From NCBI GenBank assembly GCA_902500125.1, contig GCA_902500125.1_4132.1: DNA of 64,000 bases. The stretch is one strand, 5' to 3'. The position numbers and the translations under genes were made by a program. How positions within the stretch are numbered: the stretch's first letter is position 1; every line of letters starts with the position of its first letter. The stretch comes from Escherichia coli (lineage in GTDB: Bacteria > Pseudomonadota > Gammaproteobacteria > Enterobacterales > Enterobacteriaceae). The notes under the pieces were generated by a model, which was not told the origin of the DNA, did no database searches, and was given only the letters and a program-made list of their open reading frames with translations. This document shows, in pieces, positions 49,864 to 57,352 of the stretch.

Positions 49864-50136
49864 ATGTCCAGCTACTCCGCTACTATGATCATTAAAGATA
49901 TGAACGGTAATCCTACTTCTGCTGGTGGATCATTTGGAAATATTAACTTAGATGGGCGGTTATCCATGCAATCAGCCATCGATGCAGCGAAAGAAGTTTT
50001 TAAGAATGAATGTACTGTTAGTAAGCTGGATTATATGGGTTTCGCTATCGAGAAAACTACTCGTTTTGTGAACTACAAAAATCCACTGATGATTGATACT
50101 AACCTGAAAGCTAACGAAGTGGGGTACTTATTATGA
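49864..50136 (+). CDS. hypothetical protein (90 aa)
   Basis: ORF track; AAGGAAA SD; contains Chi at 49921. Confidence 0.65.
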   Translation: MSSYSATMIIKDMNGNPTSAGGSFGNINLDGRLSMQSAIDAAKEVFKNECTVSKLDYMGFAIEKTTRFVNYKNPLMIDTNLKANEVGYLL

Positions 50137-50324
50137 CAGTAGAAGAAGTAAAAAAAGTACTGGCAGTACTACGATATCATAATCATTGCAAGGTGAAGAA
50201 TGATCCTGATTATCTTGATTCATCCCTGGAGGAAGACACCTTGAACGCTATAAGCCATATGCAGACATTAGCAAAGCGTATGACTGAAAAGAACATGCCG
50301 GACTATATCGGAAATAAAATTTAA
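50133..50324 (+). CDS. hypothetical protein (63 aa)
   Basis: ATGA-coupled to previous gene. Confidence 0.6.
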   Translation: MTVEEVKKVLAVLRYHNHCKVKNDPDYLDSSLEEDTLNAISHMQTLAKRMTEKNMPDYIGNKI

Positions 50325-50331
50325 AAAGTAC

Positions 50332-50393
50332 TTGCATTGTAGTTAGATTAACGTATAATGTTTTATATCGAGAGGGGGAAATGGTTTCCCCTC
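50332..50393 (+). promoter_or_regulatory. PeSL-like cassette
   Basis: TTGCAT 50332; TATAAT 50354; hairpin 50372-50393. Confidence 0.7.
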
Positions 50394-50411
50394 AAGTCCA
50401 GGAGATACACA

Positions 50412-50675
50412 ATGAACACTATCGAAATCACTATCAATGCACACGTATACGACAACGTAGTACTGCAAACTACTATGACCGCTAATGATACCAGTACTTT
50501 GCGGAATACTGTTATTAGTGCCGTATGTGCTGCAATCGGTGATGTATCCCTGGAAAATGCAGAACATATCAACAACGGTTTCACTATGTGCAAGCGTGAT
50601 AACGCAAAACATATCATCGTGGAAGGTTACGGCGGTGTAGAATTTAATGTTTATATGAAAAAAGTACTTGCATAA
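50412..50675 (+). CDS. hypothetical protein (87 aa)
   Basis: Trimmed from 50358 to ATG 50412 after AGGAGA; C-terminus KKVLA* is encoded by the next cassette's AAAAAAGTACTTGCATAA. Confidence 0.65.
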   Translation: MNTIEITINAHVYDNVVLQTTMTANDTSTLRNTVISAVCAAIGDVSLENAEHINNGFTMCKRDNAKHIIVEGYGGVEFNVYMKKVLA

Positions 50676-50724
50676 TAACTAAAACAAAGTATAATGTTTT
50701 GCATAGGGGGAGATATCCTCCCCC
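50668..50724 (+). promoter_or_regulatory. PeSL-like cassette
   Basis: TTGCAT 50668; TATAAT 50690; hairpin GGGGGAG-atatc-CTCCCCC 50706-50724. Confidence 0.7.
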
Positions 50725-50742
50725 ACTAAAAGGAGTAATAAA

Positions 50743-50967
50743 ATGGCTAACTTTGATGAACTGATGCGGGAAGTAGCTAACCTGGCAGAAGAGAAGAAAT
50801 CATTCGATTCTATCTATAACACCGCTCACCGTGATTCAGTACTGGCATGTAACCAGGATCAAAAAGATGAACTAATCGCCACCTATCATGAAGCATGGAA
50901 GTACTACCGACAATGGGAGAAAGAAGAAAGTGAGTCTACCATTGACGGCCTCAATAATCTAATCTAA
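50743..50967 (+). CDS. hypothetical protein (74 aa)
   Basis: ORF track; AAGGAG SD. Confidence 0.65.
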   Translation: MANFDELMREVANLAEEKKSFDSIYNTAHRDSVLACNQDQKDELIATYHEAWKYYRQWEKEESESTIDGLNNLI

Positions 50968-50986
50968 AAGTTTTATTTCAGTACTA

Positions 50987-51015
50987 TTGACATAGCTTGA
51001 TAGTACTGATGTAAT
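50987..51015 (+). promoter_or_regulatory. class-2 promoter
   Basis: AGTACTATTGACA: TTGACA 50987, 17 nt, TGTAAT 51010. Confidence 0.55.
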
Positions 51016-51043
51016 AACTTTACTAACTACAAGGGGAAACATA

Positions 51044-51301
51044 ATGGATCAGTTCACACAATATCGGGTAAATCCTCAAGCTATGGCCTACGTAGAAGAC
51101 CATAAAACGTTACCAGTACTGCAACCAGTTAAAGGCCATATCTATCGTGCAATGTCGTGGTGTGCGGCCCAGGATGGCTATAAAACCGTAGCCGTTGGTA
51201 TGTACTGCGGTAATGGTGAATGGTTTGATCCAAATAATCCGGTATCCATTGACAGTACTGAAAAAATGAAATGGGCCGACTACATCGAAGATATTTCATA
51301 A
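51044..51301 (+). CDS. hypothetical protein (85 aa)
   Basis: ORF track; AGGGGAAA upstream. Confidence 0.65.
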   Translation: MDQFTQYRVNPQAMAYVEDHKTLPVLQPVKGHIYRAMSWCAAQDGYKTVAVGMYCGNGEWFDPNNPVSIDSTEKMKWADYIEDIS

Positions 51302-51308
51302 AAACTAT

Positions 51309-51369
51309 TTGACAGTACTAACCAGTAATGTATAATGTTTTACATAGAGCGGGGGAATAGTTCTCCCGC
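51309..51369 (+). promoter_or_regulatory. PeSL-like cassette
   Basis: TTGACA 51309; TATAAT 51331; hairpin 51349-51369. Confidence 0.7.
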
Positions 51370-51391
51370 CAATAGTTTGGAGTAAAACATT

Positions 51392-51592
51392 ATGTCTATC
51401 GCTATCGCCCTGGTTGAAGTACTGAAAGAAGCTAAAGCCAACCAGATCGACGTAAAGATCCAGGAACTACAAAACGGCTTAATCGGCTGTACTTGTACCG
51501 CTGGTGGAGCGGCAGACTATCGAGAACACGAATCACTCGAATCACTGGTTCGGTATCTTACCATGATCGTTGATGATTGGAGAATCATCTAA
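51392..51592 (+). CDS. hypothetical protein (66 aa)
   Basis: ORF track; GGAG SD; contains Chi at 51500. Confidence 0.65.
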   Translation: MSIAIALVEVLKEAKANQIDVKIQELQNGLIGCTCTAGGAADYREHESLESLVRYLTMIVDDWRII

Positions 51593-51608
51593 CAAAAAAG
51601 AATAAAAA

Positions 51609-51687
51609 AGGGATTGACTCCGGTCAGTCCCTTTGCTATTATATACGCATAGACAAAAACTAGCCCACAGGGTGCATAGGTGTATCC
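51609..51687 (+). promoter_or_regulatory. composite cassette: terminator hairpin carrying -35, plus U element core
   Basis: TTGACT 51614, TATTAT 51637; core GCCCACAGGGTGC 51663-51675; TGTATCC 51681; Chi 51722-51729 follows. Confidence 0.55.
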
Positions 51688-51754
51688 AAAATATATAGTT
51701 AATAACGGTGAGTAACTATCTGCTGGTGGAACTAAAACTATTAATAAAAAAGTA

Positions 51755-51816
51755 TTGACAAAGTATATCAGTACTGCAATAATGTATCTCGTAGGGCGGC
51801 AATGGTGCGACGGCCC
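51755..51816 (+). promoter_or_regulatory. promoter + weak stem-loop (degenerate PeSL)
   Basis: TTGACA 51755; -10 CAATAAT near 51777; GC-rich imperfect hairpin 51794-51816. Confidence 0.45.
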
Positions 51817-51836
51817 ACAAAGTTAGGAGATTCAAA

Positions 51837-52169
51837 ATGACTACTTCAATCGCTATCGTTAAAGCTTTCATCCGTACTAATGTTTCCTCTGTATTCATCG
51901 ACGGCCTCGACCGTAACGTAGAATACTCAATCATTATCGCACAAACGGCAAACGGTTCTCGGTACATCCTGAATGATAGTGAAGCAAATCACTACTACTT
52001 CACTAAAGCCACTGGCTTTAAACGCATCGATGCTGATGTAGTATACGCTAAGATGAATAAGCTGGTAGACAAGATTAACGCGAAAGGTACTATCGATTTA
52101 CAGTACTGGACCGAAACCGATCCAGAATATGGATCTCACCGCTACCTGAATCCAGGTATTAAAATGTAA
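51837..52169 (+). CDS. hypothetical protein (110 aa)
   Basis: ORF track; AGGAGA SD. Confidence 0.65.
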   Translation: MTTSIAIVKAFIRTNVSSVFIDGLDRNVEYSIIIAQTANGSRYILNDSEANHYYFTKATGFKRIDADVVYAKMNKLVDKINAKGTIDLQYWTETDPEYGSHRYLNPGIKM

Positions 52170-52176
52170 AAAGTAC

Positions 52177-52238
52177 TTGCATAGTACTTAGAATCAAGTA
52201 TAATGTTTTACATAGAGAGGGGGAAATGGTTCTCCCTC
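52177..52238 (+). promoter_or_regulatory. PeSL-like cassette
   Basis: TTGCAT 52177; TATAAT 52199; hairpin 52217-52238. Confidence 0.7.
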
Positions 52239-52258
52239 CTAAATTAAGGAGTTTTATC

Positions 52259-52660
52259 ATGACCTTCTCAATCAATTCCTTCGCTGACGTTTTAGTACTG
52301 GCCCGGACTTTTGGTAAAGCTGGCCTTGAACACGCTGTAAGTAATGGTCATATGCACCCTGAATATTGCCGCATCATTGGAAGCTGTAAACGTTGGGCCG
52401 TGTCCCGTAACATTGAGATTGAAAACTTCAATGACGGTAACAACGAATATACAGTTGATGCAGTATTCGAATCCGTTGATCTCGGCGGTATCTATAACAC
52501 TAACCTGAATGATGTGCGTATCGTTCGCACGGGGTTCGGTGCTTATGATGTATCTATCCGTGAAGCTATGGACAAGGGATACATTAGCAAGGACCAGTTA
52601 GCTTACATCATGCAGCAAACTAAGGAACGTAACGAAGCACGTACTATCTTAGGGCTGTAA
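52259..52660 (+). CDS. hypothetical protein (133 aa)
   Basis: Trimmed from 52226 to ATG 52259 after AAGGAG. Confidence 0.65.
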   Translation: MTFSINSFADVLVLARTFGKAGLEHAVSNGHMHPEYCRIIGSCKRWAVSRNIEIENFNDGNNEYTVDAVFESVDLGGIYNTNLNDVRIVRTGFGAYDVSIREAMDKGYISKDQLAYIMQQTKERNEARTILGL

Positions 52661-52684
52661 GCAATACACATCACCAAACATCAT

Positions 52685-52704
52685 AGGCCGCTCTCTAGCG
52701 GCCT
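52685..52704 (+). terminator. GC hairpin, possible terminator
   Basis: AGGCCGCT-ctct-AGCGGCCT; no T tract. Confidence 0.4.
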
Positions 52705-52728
52705 TAACTATATCAGGAGGGCATACAT

Positions 52729-52938
52729 ATGTTCTATACAGTATACAGCGTTCTAGGCACTATTGCAGGCGTACATGATAACGTCGATAGTGCTATGCGT
52801 ACAGTACTGCAACAGGTTCCACTAAAGCCTAAGACCATTAAGCAGATGACAGCACGACTAACCAGGGCGACGGCTGGCGTGGAAGTATGGCAGGACTATG
52901 GGGATACACAGATAATCGTAAGCGTAACGAAGGATTAA
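52729..52938 (+). CDS. hypothetical protein (69 aa)
   Basis: ORF track; AGGAGG SD; last gene of the GC-richer block. Confidence 0.65.
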   Translation: MFYTVYSVLGTIAGVHDNVDSAMRTVLQQVPLKPKTIKQMTARLTRATAGVEVWQDYGDTQIIVSVTKD

Positions 52939-52967
52939 TGCGTAAAAGGATTTAGTACTGAATCATA

Positions 52968-53030
52968 AAAAAGTCAAGGCATTTTTAAAAATCAGCGTTA
53001 AAAAAATGCATAGGTAATCCCTTGACTTTT
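52968..53030. repeat. 11-bp inverted repeat pair
   Basis: AAAAGTCAAGG ... CCTTGACTTTT separated by about 40 nt in a non-coding gap. Confidence 0.6.
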
Positions 53031-53129
53031 ATGAATAAAAAGGGATTGGACTATGGCAAAATGCGTAGGGGGCTTAACTGCGGGTAACCTTAGCGACTTC
53101 GATAAAGGGGTATTACTAATAAAATGTTA

Positions 53130-53157
53130 TTGACTTTTTATACGAATCGTATATTAT
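53130..53157 (+). promoter_or_regulatory. sigma70-like promoter for the family B array
   Basis: TTGACT 53130-53135, 16 nt, TATTAT 53152-53157. Confidence 0.5.
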
Positions 53158-53187
53158 AGGATTGATATTATTTTTAATGGAGTCCCT

Positions 53188-53385
53188 ATGCGTATTTTAA
53201 CTCAAGCAGAACATCACGAAAGACTTATCAATAACATGGCATATATCCTACATATGTCACATATCCGTGGTATTGCATATAAGCGTGAATTGGTTATGGC
53301 ACTATTCATTGGAACTAACTTTCAGGAAAGGTATGTCAAGGATTGGATTTCATATTTAATTGAAGATATAACGGGTAAACTATGA
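53188..53385 (+). CDS. family B small protein (65 aa)
   Basis: GGAG SD; motif FIGTNFQERYVKDWISYLIEDI. Confidence 0.65.
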   Translation: MRILTQAEHHERLINNMAYILHMSHIRGIAYKRELVMALFIGTNFQERYVKDWISYLIEDITGKL

Positions 53386-53590
53386 AAATTATCACACAAT
53401 TTCAACTATATAATCTTATGATCGAATATAGAAAGAATATATATATATACCAGATGAGTTATCTAGGGATGAAAAAAAGTTTATTCTATCGGAGTGGTGG
53501 ATGATGGCTGGACTGGGAACCAACTTCCAAGAAAGTTTTGTTAATGATTGGATTTTACATTTAATAAAAGATATAAAGAGTAAACAATGA
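53382..53590 (+). pseudogene. family B member disrupted at an (AT)7 run
   Basis: ATG 53382 (ATGA-coupled) gives MKIITQFQLYNLMIEYRKNIYIY. The conserved C-half (..SEWWMMAGLGTNFQESFVNDWILHLIKDI) is in another frame. The switch lies in ATATATATATATAT 53436-53449. Confidence 0.55.
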
Positions 53591-53796
53591 AAACTATAAC
53601 ACGAACCCAATCATTAGGTCTTATCTTGAAATACATGGACTTAATGTTGGATATCAGCAAAGACCTTCCTAAAACTGAAATCCAAGTTGCAAGAGCAGAG
53701 ATCCGCATGTTGGCTGTACTGAACACAAACCATCAGGAAGATTATGTTGAAGAATGGATTCGATTTTTAATAGAAGATATAAAGAGTAAATTATGA
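53587..53796 (+). CDS. family B small protein (69 aa)
   Basis: ATGA overlap; VLNTNHQEDYVEEWIRFLIEDI. Confidence 0.65.
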   Translation: MKTITRTQSLGLILKYMDLMLDISKDLPKTEIQVARAEIRMLAVLNTNHQEDYVEEWIRFLIEDIKSKL

Positions 53797-54008
53797 TTAT
53801 TATAGAAAACTCATATCAATATACTGAACGCATCGCTGCCAGACAACTTGAAATCCTCATAATATACGAAGAGACTTCTGATTTAAACTTAGCCGAGGTA
53901 TTGGAAAATGATATACTATTGGGTGCATTCTTAGGAACAGACTATCAGAAGTATTATGAGGAAAAGTATTTGTCATCTCTTGAGAAATATATCAGGAGCA
54001 AATTATGA
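53793..54008 (+). CDS. family B small protein (71 aa)
   Basis: ATGA overlap; FLGTDYQKYYEEKYL. Confidence 0.65.
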   Translation: MIIIENSYQYTERIAARQLEILIIYEETSDLNLAEVLENDILLGAFLGTDYQKYYEEKYLSSLEKYIRSKL

Positions 54009-54217
54009 TTTTTTTAACACCAGAAGAATATAAGAAACGTTTCAATTCCGCACAGGGTGAAATCTTACTTATATACCTTTCAAATGCAGACCTTAACTTA
54101 TCAAGGGTATTAGAAAAAGATTTACTTATGGGTGCATTCCTTGATACAGACTTTCAGGTGTATTATGTAGGGGAATACTTAATTGCACTTCAGAATTATA
54201 TCAGGAGTAAACTATGA
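54005..54217 (+). CDS. family B small protein (70 aa)
   Basis: ATGA overlap; FLDTDFQVYYVGEYL. Confidence 0.65.
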   Translation: MIFLTPEEYKKRFNSAQGEILLIYLSNADLNLSRVLEKDLLMGAFLDTDFQVYYVGEYLIALQNYIRSKL

Positions 54218-54441
54218 AACATTTAAGTAATTCCGAGAAGAATAAAATTATCATTGCTGCAATAAACAAATATTTTACACTTCCTCACAAAGAAGGTTTA
54301 TGTATAAGAGAACACAGGATAAACACCACCGATATACGCATGATGGCTGTACTGGGGACGAACTTCCAGGAAGAGTATGTTATTGCACACATAGTTGCAC
54401 TCAAGAATTACATTATGGACAAATGTAATGAACATCATTAA
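54214..54441 (+). CDS. family B small protein (75 aa)
   Basis: ATGA overlap; VLGTNFQEEYVIAHI. Confidence 0.65.
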   Translation: MKHLSNSEKNKIIIAAINKYFTLPHKEGLCIREHRINTTDIRMMAVLGTNFQEEYVIAHIVALKNYIMDKCNEHH

Positions 54442-54652
54442 TAACTTTGAATACGAGGCCCGTGCTAAGAGTGCCAGAAAAAAAGAGAACACCATTTACT
54501 TCACTATGATGTACTTACAATGGACTGAAATTGAAGAAAAGGTTGCTGAAGTATGGATGTTGGAATTCATGGGGACGCAGTATCAGAATAGGTTTGCGGG
54601 TGAGTATATCAATGTTCTTATGAAACAAATAGAAAGAAAGGAAAAGAACTAA
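54428..54652 (+). CDS. family B small protein (74 aa)
   Basis: ORF 54395 trimmed to ATG 54428; FMGTQYQNRFAGEYI. Confidence 0.6.
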   Translation: MNIINNFEYEARAKSARKKENTIYFTMMYLQWTEIEEKVAEVWMLEFMGTQYQNRFAGEYINVLMKQIERKEKN

Positions 54653-54810
54653 TGGTTTTCATTAACATATCTGACCAACTCGATACTAAACTAGAAGTCG
54701 AGCAGAGTGAGGGATGGATGTTGTACTTTCTTGGAACTTCTCATCAGAATTTTTATATCCATGAACACATAGTTGCACTCACAAATCTAATAAGGGATAA
54801 ATGTAAATGA
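54652..54810 (+). CDS. family B small protein, short (52 aa)
   Basis: Not in ORF track; TAATG junction; FLGTSHQNFYIHEHI. Confidence 0.55.
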   Translation: MVFINISDQLDTKLEVEQSEGWMLYFLGTSHQNFYIHEHIVALTNLIRDKCK

Positions 54811-55064
54811 AACACTTGACGAACGATGAATATTCACTTAGAATTCGAAAGCTCACCCCAGAAGCAAGAGTAATCTACGATGACGATGCACTTTCATGGA
54901 ACGAGATGAAAGTTAAAGTTCATGAGCTATGGTTGCTGTACTTTGTGGGAACCCAATATCAAGAGAAATATTGTACCGATTATCTTGAACAACTAATGGA
55001 TCTTATACAGATAAAACTAAATGAACGAATTGTGGAAAAATATGAAAACTTTATCAAGCACTGA
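54807..55064 (+). CDS. family B small protein (85 aa)
   Basis: ATGA overlap; FVGTQYQEKYCTDYL. Confidence 0.65.
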   Translation: MKHLTNDEYSLRIRKLTPEARVIYDDDALSWNEMKVKVHELWLLYFVGTQYQEKYCTDYLEQLMDLIQIKLNERIVEKYENFIKH

Positions 55065-55293
55065 GTATCAAACTGCCCTCTTCTCCCTTCTAAACACCCT
55101 CCGCACGAACAATAAACTTTATAATTCCCGTGAAGCTGATATCGTCAACGCTGATGTATATCTTAATAAATTCATAGGGACTAACTATCAAGAACTGTTC
55201 ACTCTACGATATATCGCTGCATTGAGAAACGAAATATCAGATAAAACCCGTCAAGCCAGAAGAGAATGGAATAAACAATGCGACAAAGACTAA
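55042..55293 (+). CDS. family B small protein (83 aa)
   Basis: ORF 55021 trimmed to ATG 55042 (either is possible); FIGTNYQELFTLRYI. Confidence 0.55.
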   Translation: MKTLSSTEYQTALFSLLNTLRTNNKLYNSREADIVNADVYLNKFIGTNYQELFTLRYIAALRNEISDKTRQARREWNKQCDKD

Positions 55294-55514
55294 ATCACAA
55301 AATGTATTGTAAACTATTGCAGACACTGGCACAGAAACACTATGACACTGTATCTGAAATATTACCCTATGATATCATGCGTTTAATTCATAGTGAGGCA
55401 GAGATGCTTGTACTGATGACAGGCACTGATAAAAAAGCAATTGCCAAATCAATAGATATGTTCATCGAAGCACAATGTCAACACATTAGAACCGAGATAT
55501 GGAGACGAGAATGA
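55278..55514 (+). CDS. family B-related small protein, divergent (78 aa)
   Basis: Position and size fit the array; motif degraded (LMTGTDKKAIAKSI). Confidence 0.55.
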   Translation: MRQRLNHKMYCKLLQTLAQKHYDTVSEILPYDIMRLIHSEAEMLVLMTGTDKKAIAKSIDMFIEAQCQHIRTEIWRRE

Positions 55515-55726
55515 TAACACTAAATGAGTTTCAGTATCATTGGAGGTTACAAACTATCAAATCAAAAGTGTATAGTATTGTGTTAAACAAATCTATTGCA
55601 CAAGAGGACAAATGTGTTATAATAGCTGAAATGAAGTTGGGTGCTTTCGTAGGGACAAACTATCAAAACATCTACACTGACGTATTGTTAAGTGCCTTAC
55701 GTAACAAGGTGGTATCCAAAATATGA
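55511..55726 (+). CDS. family B small protein (71 aa)
   Basis: ATG 55511 is 6 nt after GGAG and ATGA-coupled (ORF track 55499); FVGTNYQNIYTDVLL. Confidence 0.6.
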   Translation: MITLNEFQYHWRLQTIKSKVYSIVLNKSIAQEDKCVIIAEMKLGAFVGTNYQNIYTDVLLSALRNKVVSKI

Positions 55727-55941
55727 GAAATTTACAAGGCTTTGAATACATCAGACTCCTGAAAACATGCACCAGCAGAAGGAAAATCTTATCAAGCGAT
55801 AAGAGCATCCAAGCTAACCTTAAGCACGCACTAGTAACTGAACTCTATGTAGGTGCACTCTTAGGCACAAACTATCAACAAATGTATGTGGATCTATGGA
55901 TTGACGCTCTACAGAAAGAGGTTAAAAGTAAATGCAAATGA
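55723..55941 (+). CDS. family B small protein (72 aa)
   Basis: ATGA overlap; LLGTNYQQMYVDLWI. Confidence 0.65.
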   Translation: MRNLQGFEYIRLLKTCTSRRKILSSDKSIQANLKHALVTELYVGALLGTNYQQMYVDLWIDALQKEVKSKCK

Positions 55942-56150
55942 TTAATTTAAGTAAAGATGAATATTATGAACGTCTTGCAAAAACTTATCCAGCACGTAAG
56001 GCCGTTTATGATAGTCACATTATTGAACGCTCAAAGAAGTTGATTGTAGTAAATGAGATTAAGATGCTTTCAGTCTTAGGAACAAACTATCAAGAGAATG
56101 CTGTACTGTTGTTAATTGATGCCCTCCAGAGAGAGATACAAAGTAAATGA
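55932..56150 (+). CDS. family B small protein (72 aa)
   Basis: ATGCAAATGA junction (alternative ATG 55938); VLGTNYQENAVLLLI. Confidence 0.6.
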   Translation: MQMINLSKDEYYERLAKTYPARKAVYDSHIIERSKKLIVVNEIKMLSVLGTNYQENAVLLLIDALQREIQSK

Positions 56151-56395
56151 TTCATTTATCTTACCATGATTATCAAAAACGTTTAAATGCATCAAGGGAT
56201 ATAAGGATTCAAATCTTCAATAACAAAAAATTGAAACCTGACACCAGAAGAATCAAAATGATAGAAGCAGAGTTATGCAACTTCCTGGGGACGAACTATC
56301 AGGCAGGTAAGGTAAAAAACTATCTTAGAGAACTAATGATTTGTATCGAAAATAAATGTGAGGTTGATGAACATGCAAATGATCAATTTAAGTAA
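56147..56395 (+). CDS. family B small protein (82 aa)
   Basis: ATGA overlap; FLGTNYQAGKVKNYL. Confidence 0.65.
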   Translation: MIHLSYHDYQKRLNASRDIRIQIFNNKKLKPDTRRIKMIEAELCNFLGTNYQAGKVKNYLRELMICIENKCEVDEHANDQFK

Positions 56396-56636
56396 AGATG
56401 AATATACCGAGCGTATGACAAAAATTACGCACAAACGTAATACAATCTATCACAACCCAGAAATTCAACACAGTAAGAAAATGATTATGATGCGTGAGTT
56501 AAAGATGGGTGTATTCTTGGGAACAAACTATCAAGAGCCAGAAGTAAATCGATTAATTGCTGAGTTACTATTGGAAATCAAAGGTAAGCTGTACTTTCAT
56601 CAAATGACCCAGCCACTGAGGTGTACTGATCGATGA
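56373..56636 (+). CDS. family B small protein (87 aa)
   Basis: ORF 56358 trimmed to ATG 56373 (MQMINLSKDEY, as in 55932); FLGTNYQEPEVNRLI. Confidence 0.6.
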   Translation: MQMINLSKDEYTERMTKITHKRNTIYHNPEIQHSKKMIMMRELKMGVFLGTNYQEPEVNRLIAELLLEIKGKLYFHQMTQPLRCTDR

Positions 56637-56884
56637 ATGCGATGAATATTGTGAATAACATCAGATTAGCAGAAAGATTTGATAGAATTGGGGAAGCACT
56701 GAGAAGATACGATAAAGAATATGGTCATTTGAGCTTTTCTATAGAAAAGAGATATGAACTTGAAGCAGAGTTTAAAATGCAGAGTCTCTTAGGCACACAG
56801 TATCAAAACCAATATATTCAAACTTGGATTGATTGTTTAATCCAGACAATTTACGTAAGAAACATTAAATGCAAAATGAAATGA
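56633..56884 (+). CDS. family B small protein (83 aa)
   Basis: ATGA overlap; LLGTQYQNQYIQTWI. Confidence 0.65.
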   Translation: MNAMNIVNNIRLAERFDRIGEALRRYDKEYGHLSFSIEKRYELEAEFKMQSLLGTQYQNQYIQTWIDCLIQTIYVRNIKCKMK

Positions 56885-57129
56885 TATACTTAACCTATAA
56901 TGAATACGTCGAGAGATTAGTTCGTGCCAAGAGATATACCAATAAACGTCCAATTGACCTAAACCAAACCCCAGCAGAAAGGAGTGCAGAAGTATTATTC
57001 CAATCACTACCATATCTTCTGGGAACTGATAGACAAGAGGAATATGTTGCACGTATGATTAGATATCTTAAAATCACTATTAAGGAAAAAGTAAATGCAA
57101 ATGCAAATGAAATACTTAACAGACGATGA
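56869..57129 (+). CDS. family B small protein (86 aa)
   Basis: LLGTDRQEEYVARMI; alternative ATG 56881. Confidence 0.6.
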   Translation: MQNEMIYLTYNEYVERLVRAKRYTNKRPIDLNQTPAERSAEVLFQSLPYLLGTDRQEEYVARMIRYLKITIKEKVNANANEILNRR

Positions 57130-57352
57130 GTTAAAAGAACGACTAATTAAATCCAGAAAACTTACAAATCAACTTCCAAACGACACAAACAAGTCACATG
57201 CCGAAAGGAGTGCAGAAGTTTTATACATTCAACTCATGTACTTTCTTGGTACTGACAGACAAGAGTATTACATTGAAAGTATGCTTCGATATCTTAAATT
57301 CTCTATAAAGGAAAAGATACATGCTCAAGAATTTAAAAATCCTAACAGTTAA
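57095..57352 (+). CDS. family B small protein (85 aa)
   Basis: FLGTDRQEYYIESML; close paralog of 56869. Confidence 0.6.
   Translation: MQMQMKYLTDDELKERLIKSRKLTNQLPNDTNKSHAERSAEVLYIQLMYFLGTDRQEYYIESMLRYLKFSIKEKIHAQEFKNPNS

Noticed and set aside
34169-52260. The ORF track gives N-terminal extensions such as MFYIE(S/R)G..., MGNSSPLYK..., MVLPGNEENK... and MVLPPKLRSF... on many ORFs in 34-52 kb.
   Set aside because: These codons are read through the conserved -10 box (TATAATGTTTTACATC) and the stem-loop. The same peptide recurs only because the cassette DNA recurs. The true starts are the ATGs 5-10 nt after the SD downstream of the hairpin.
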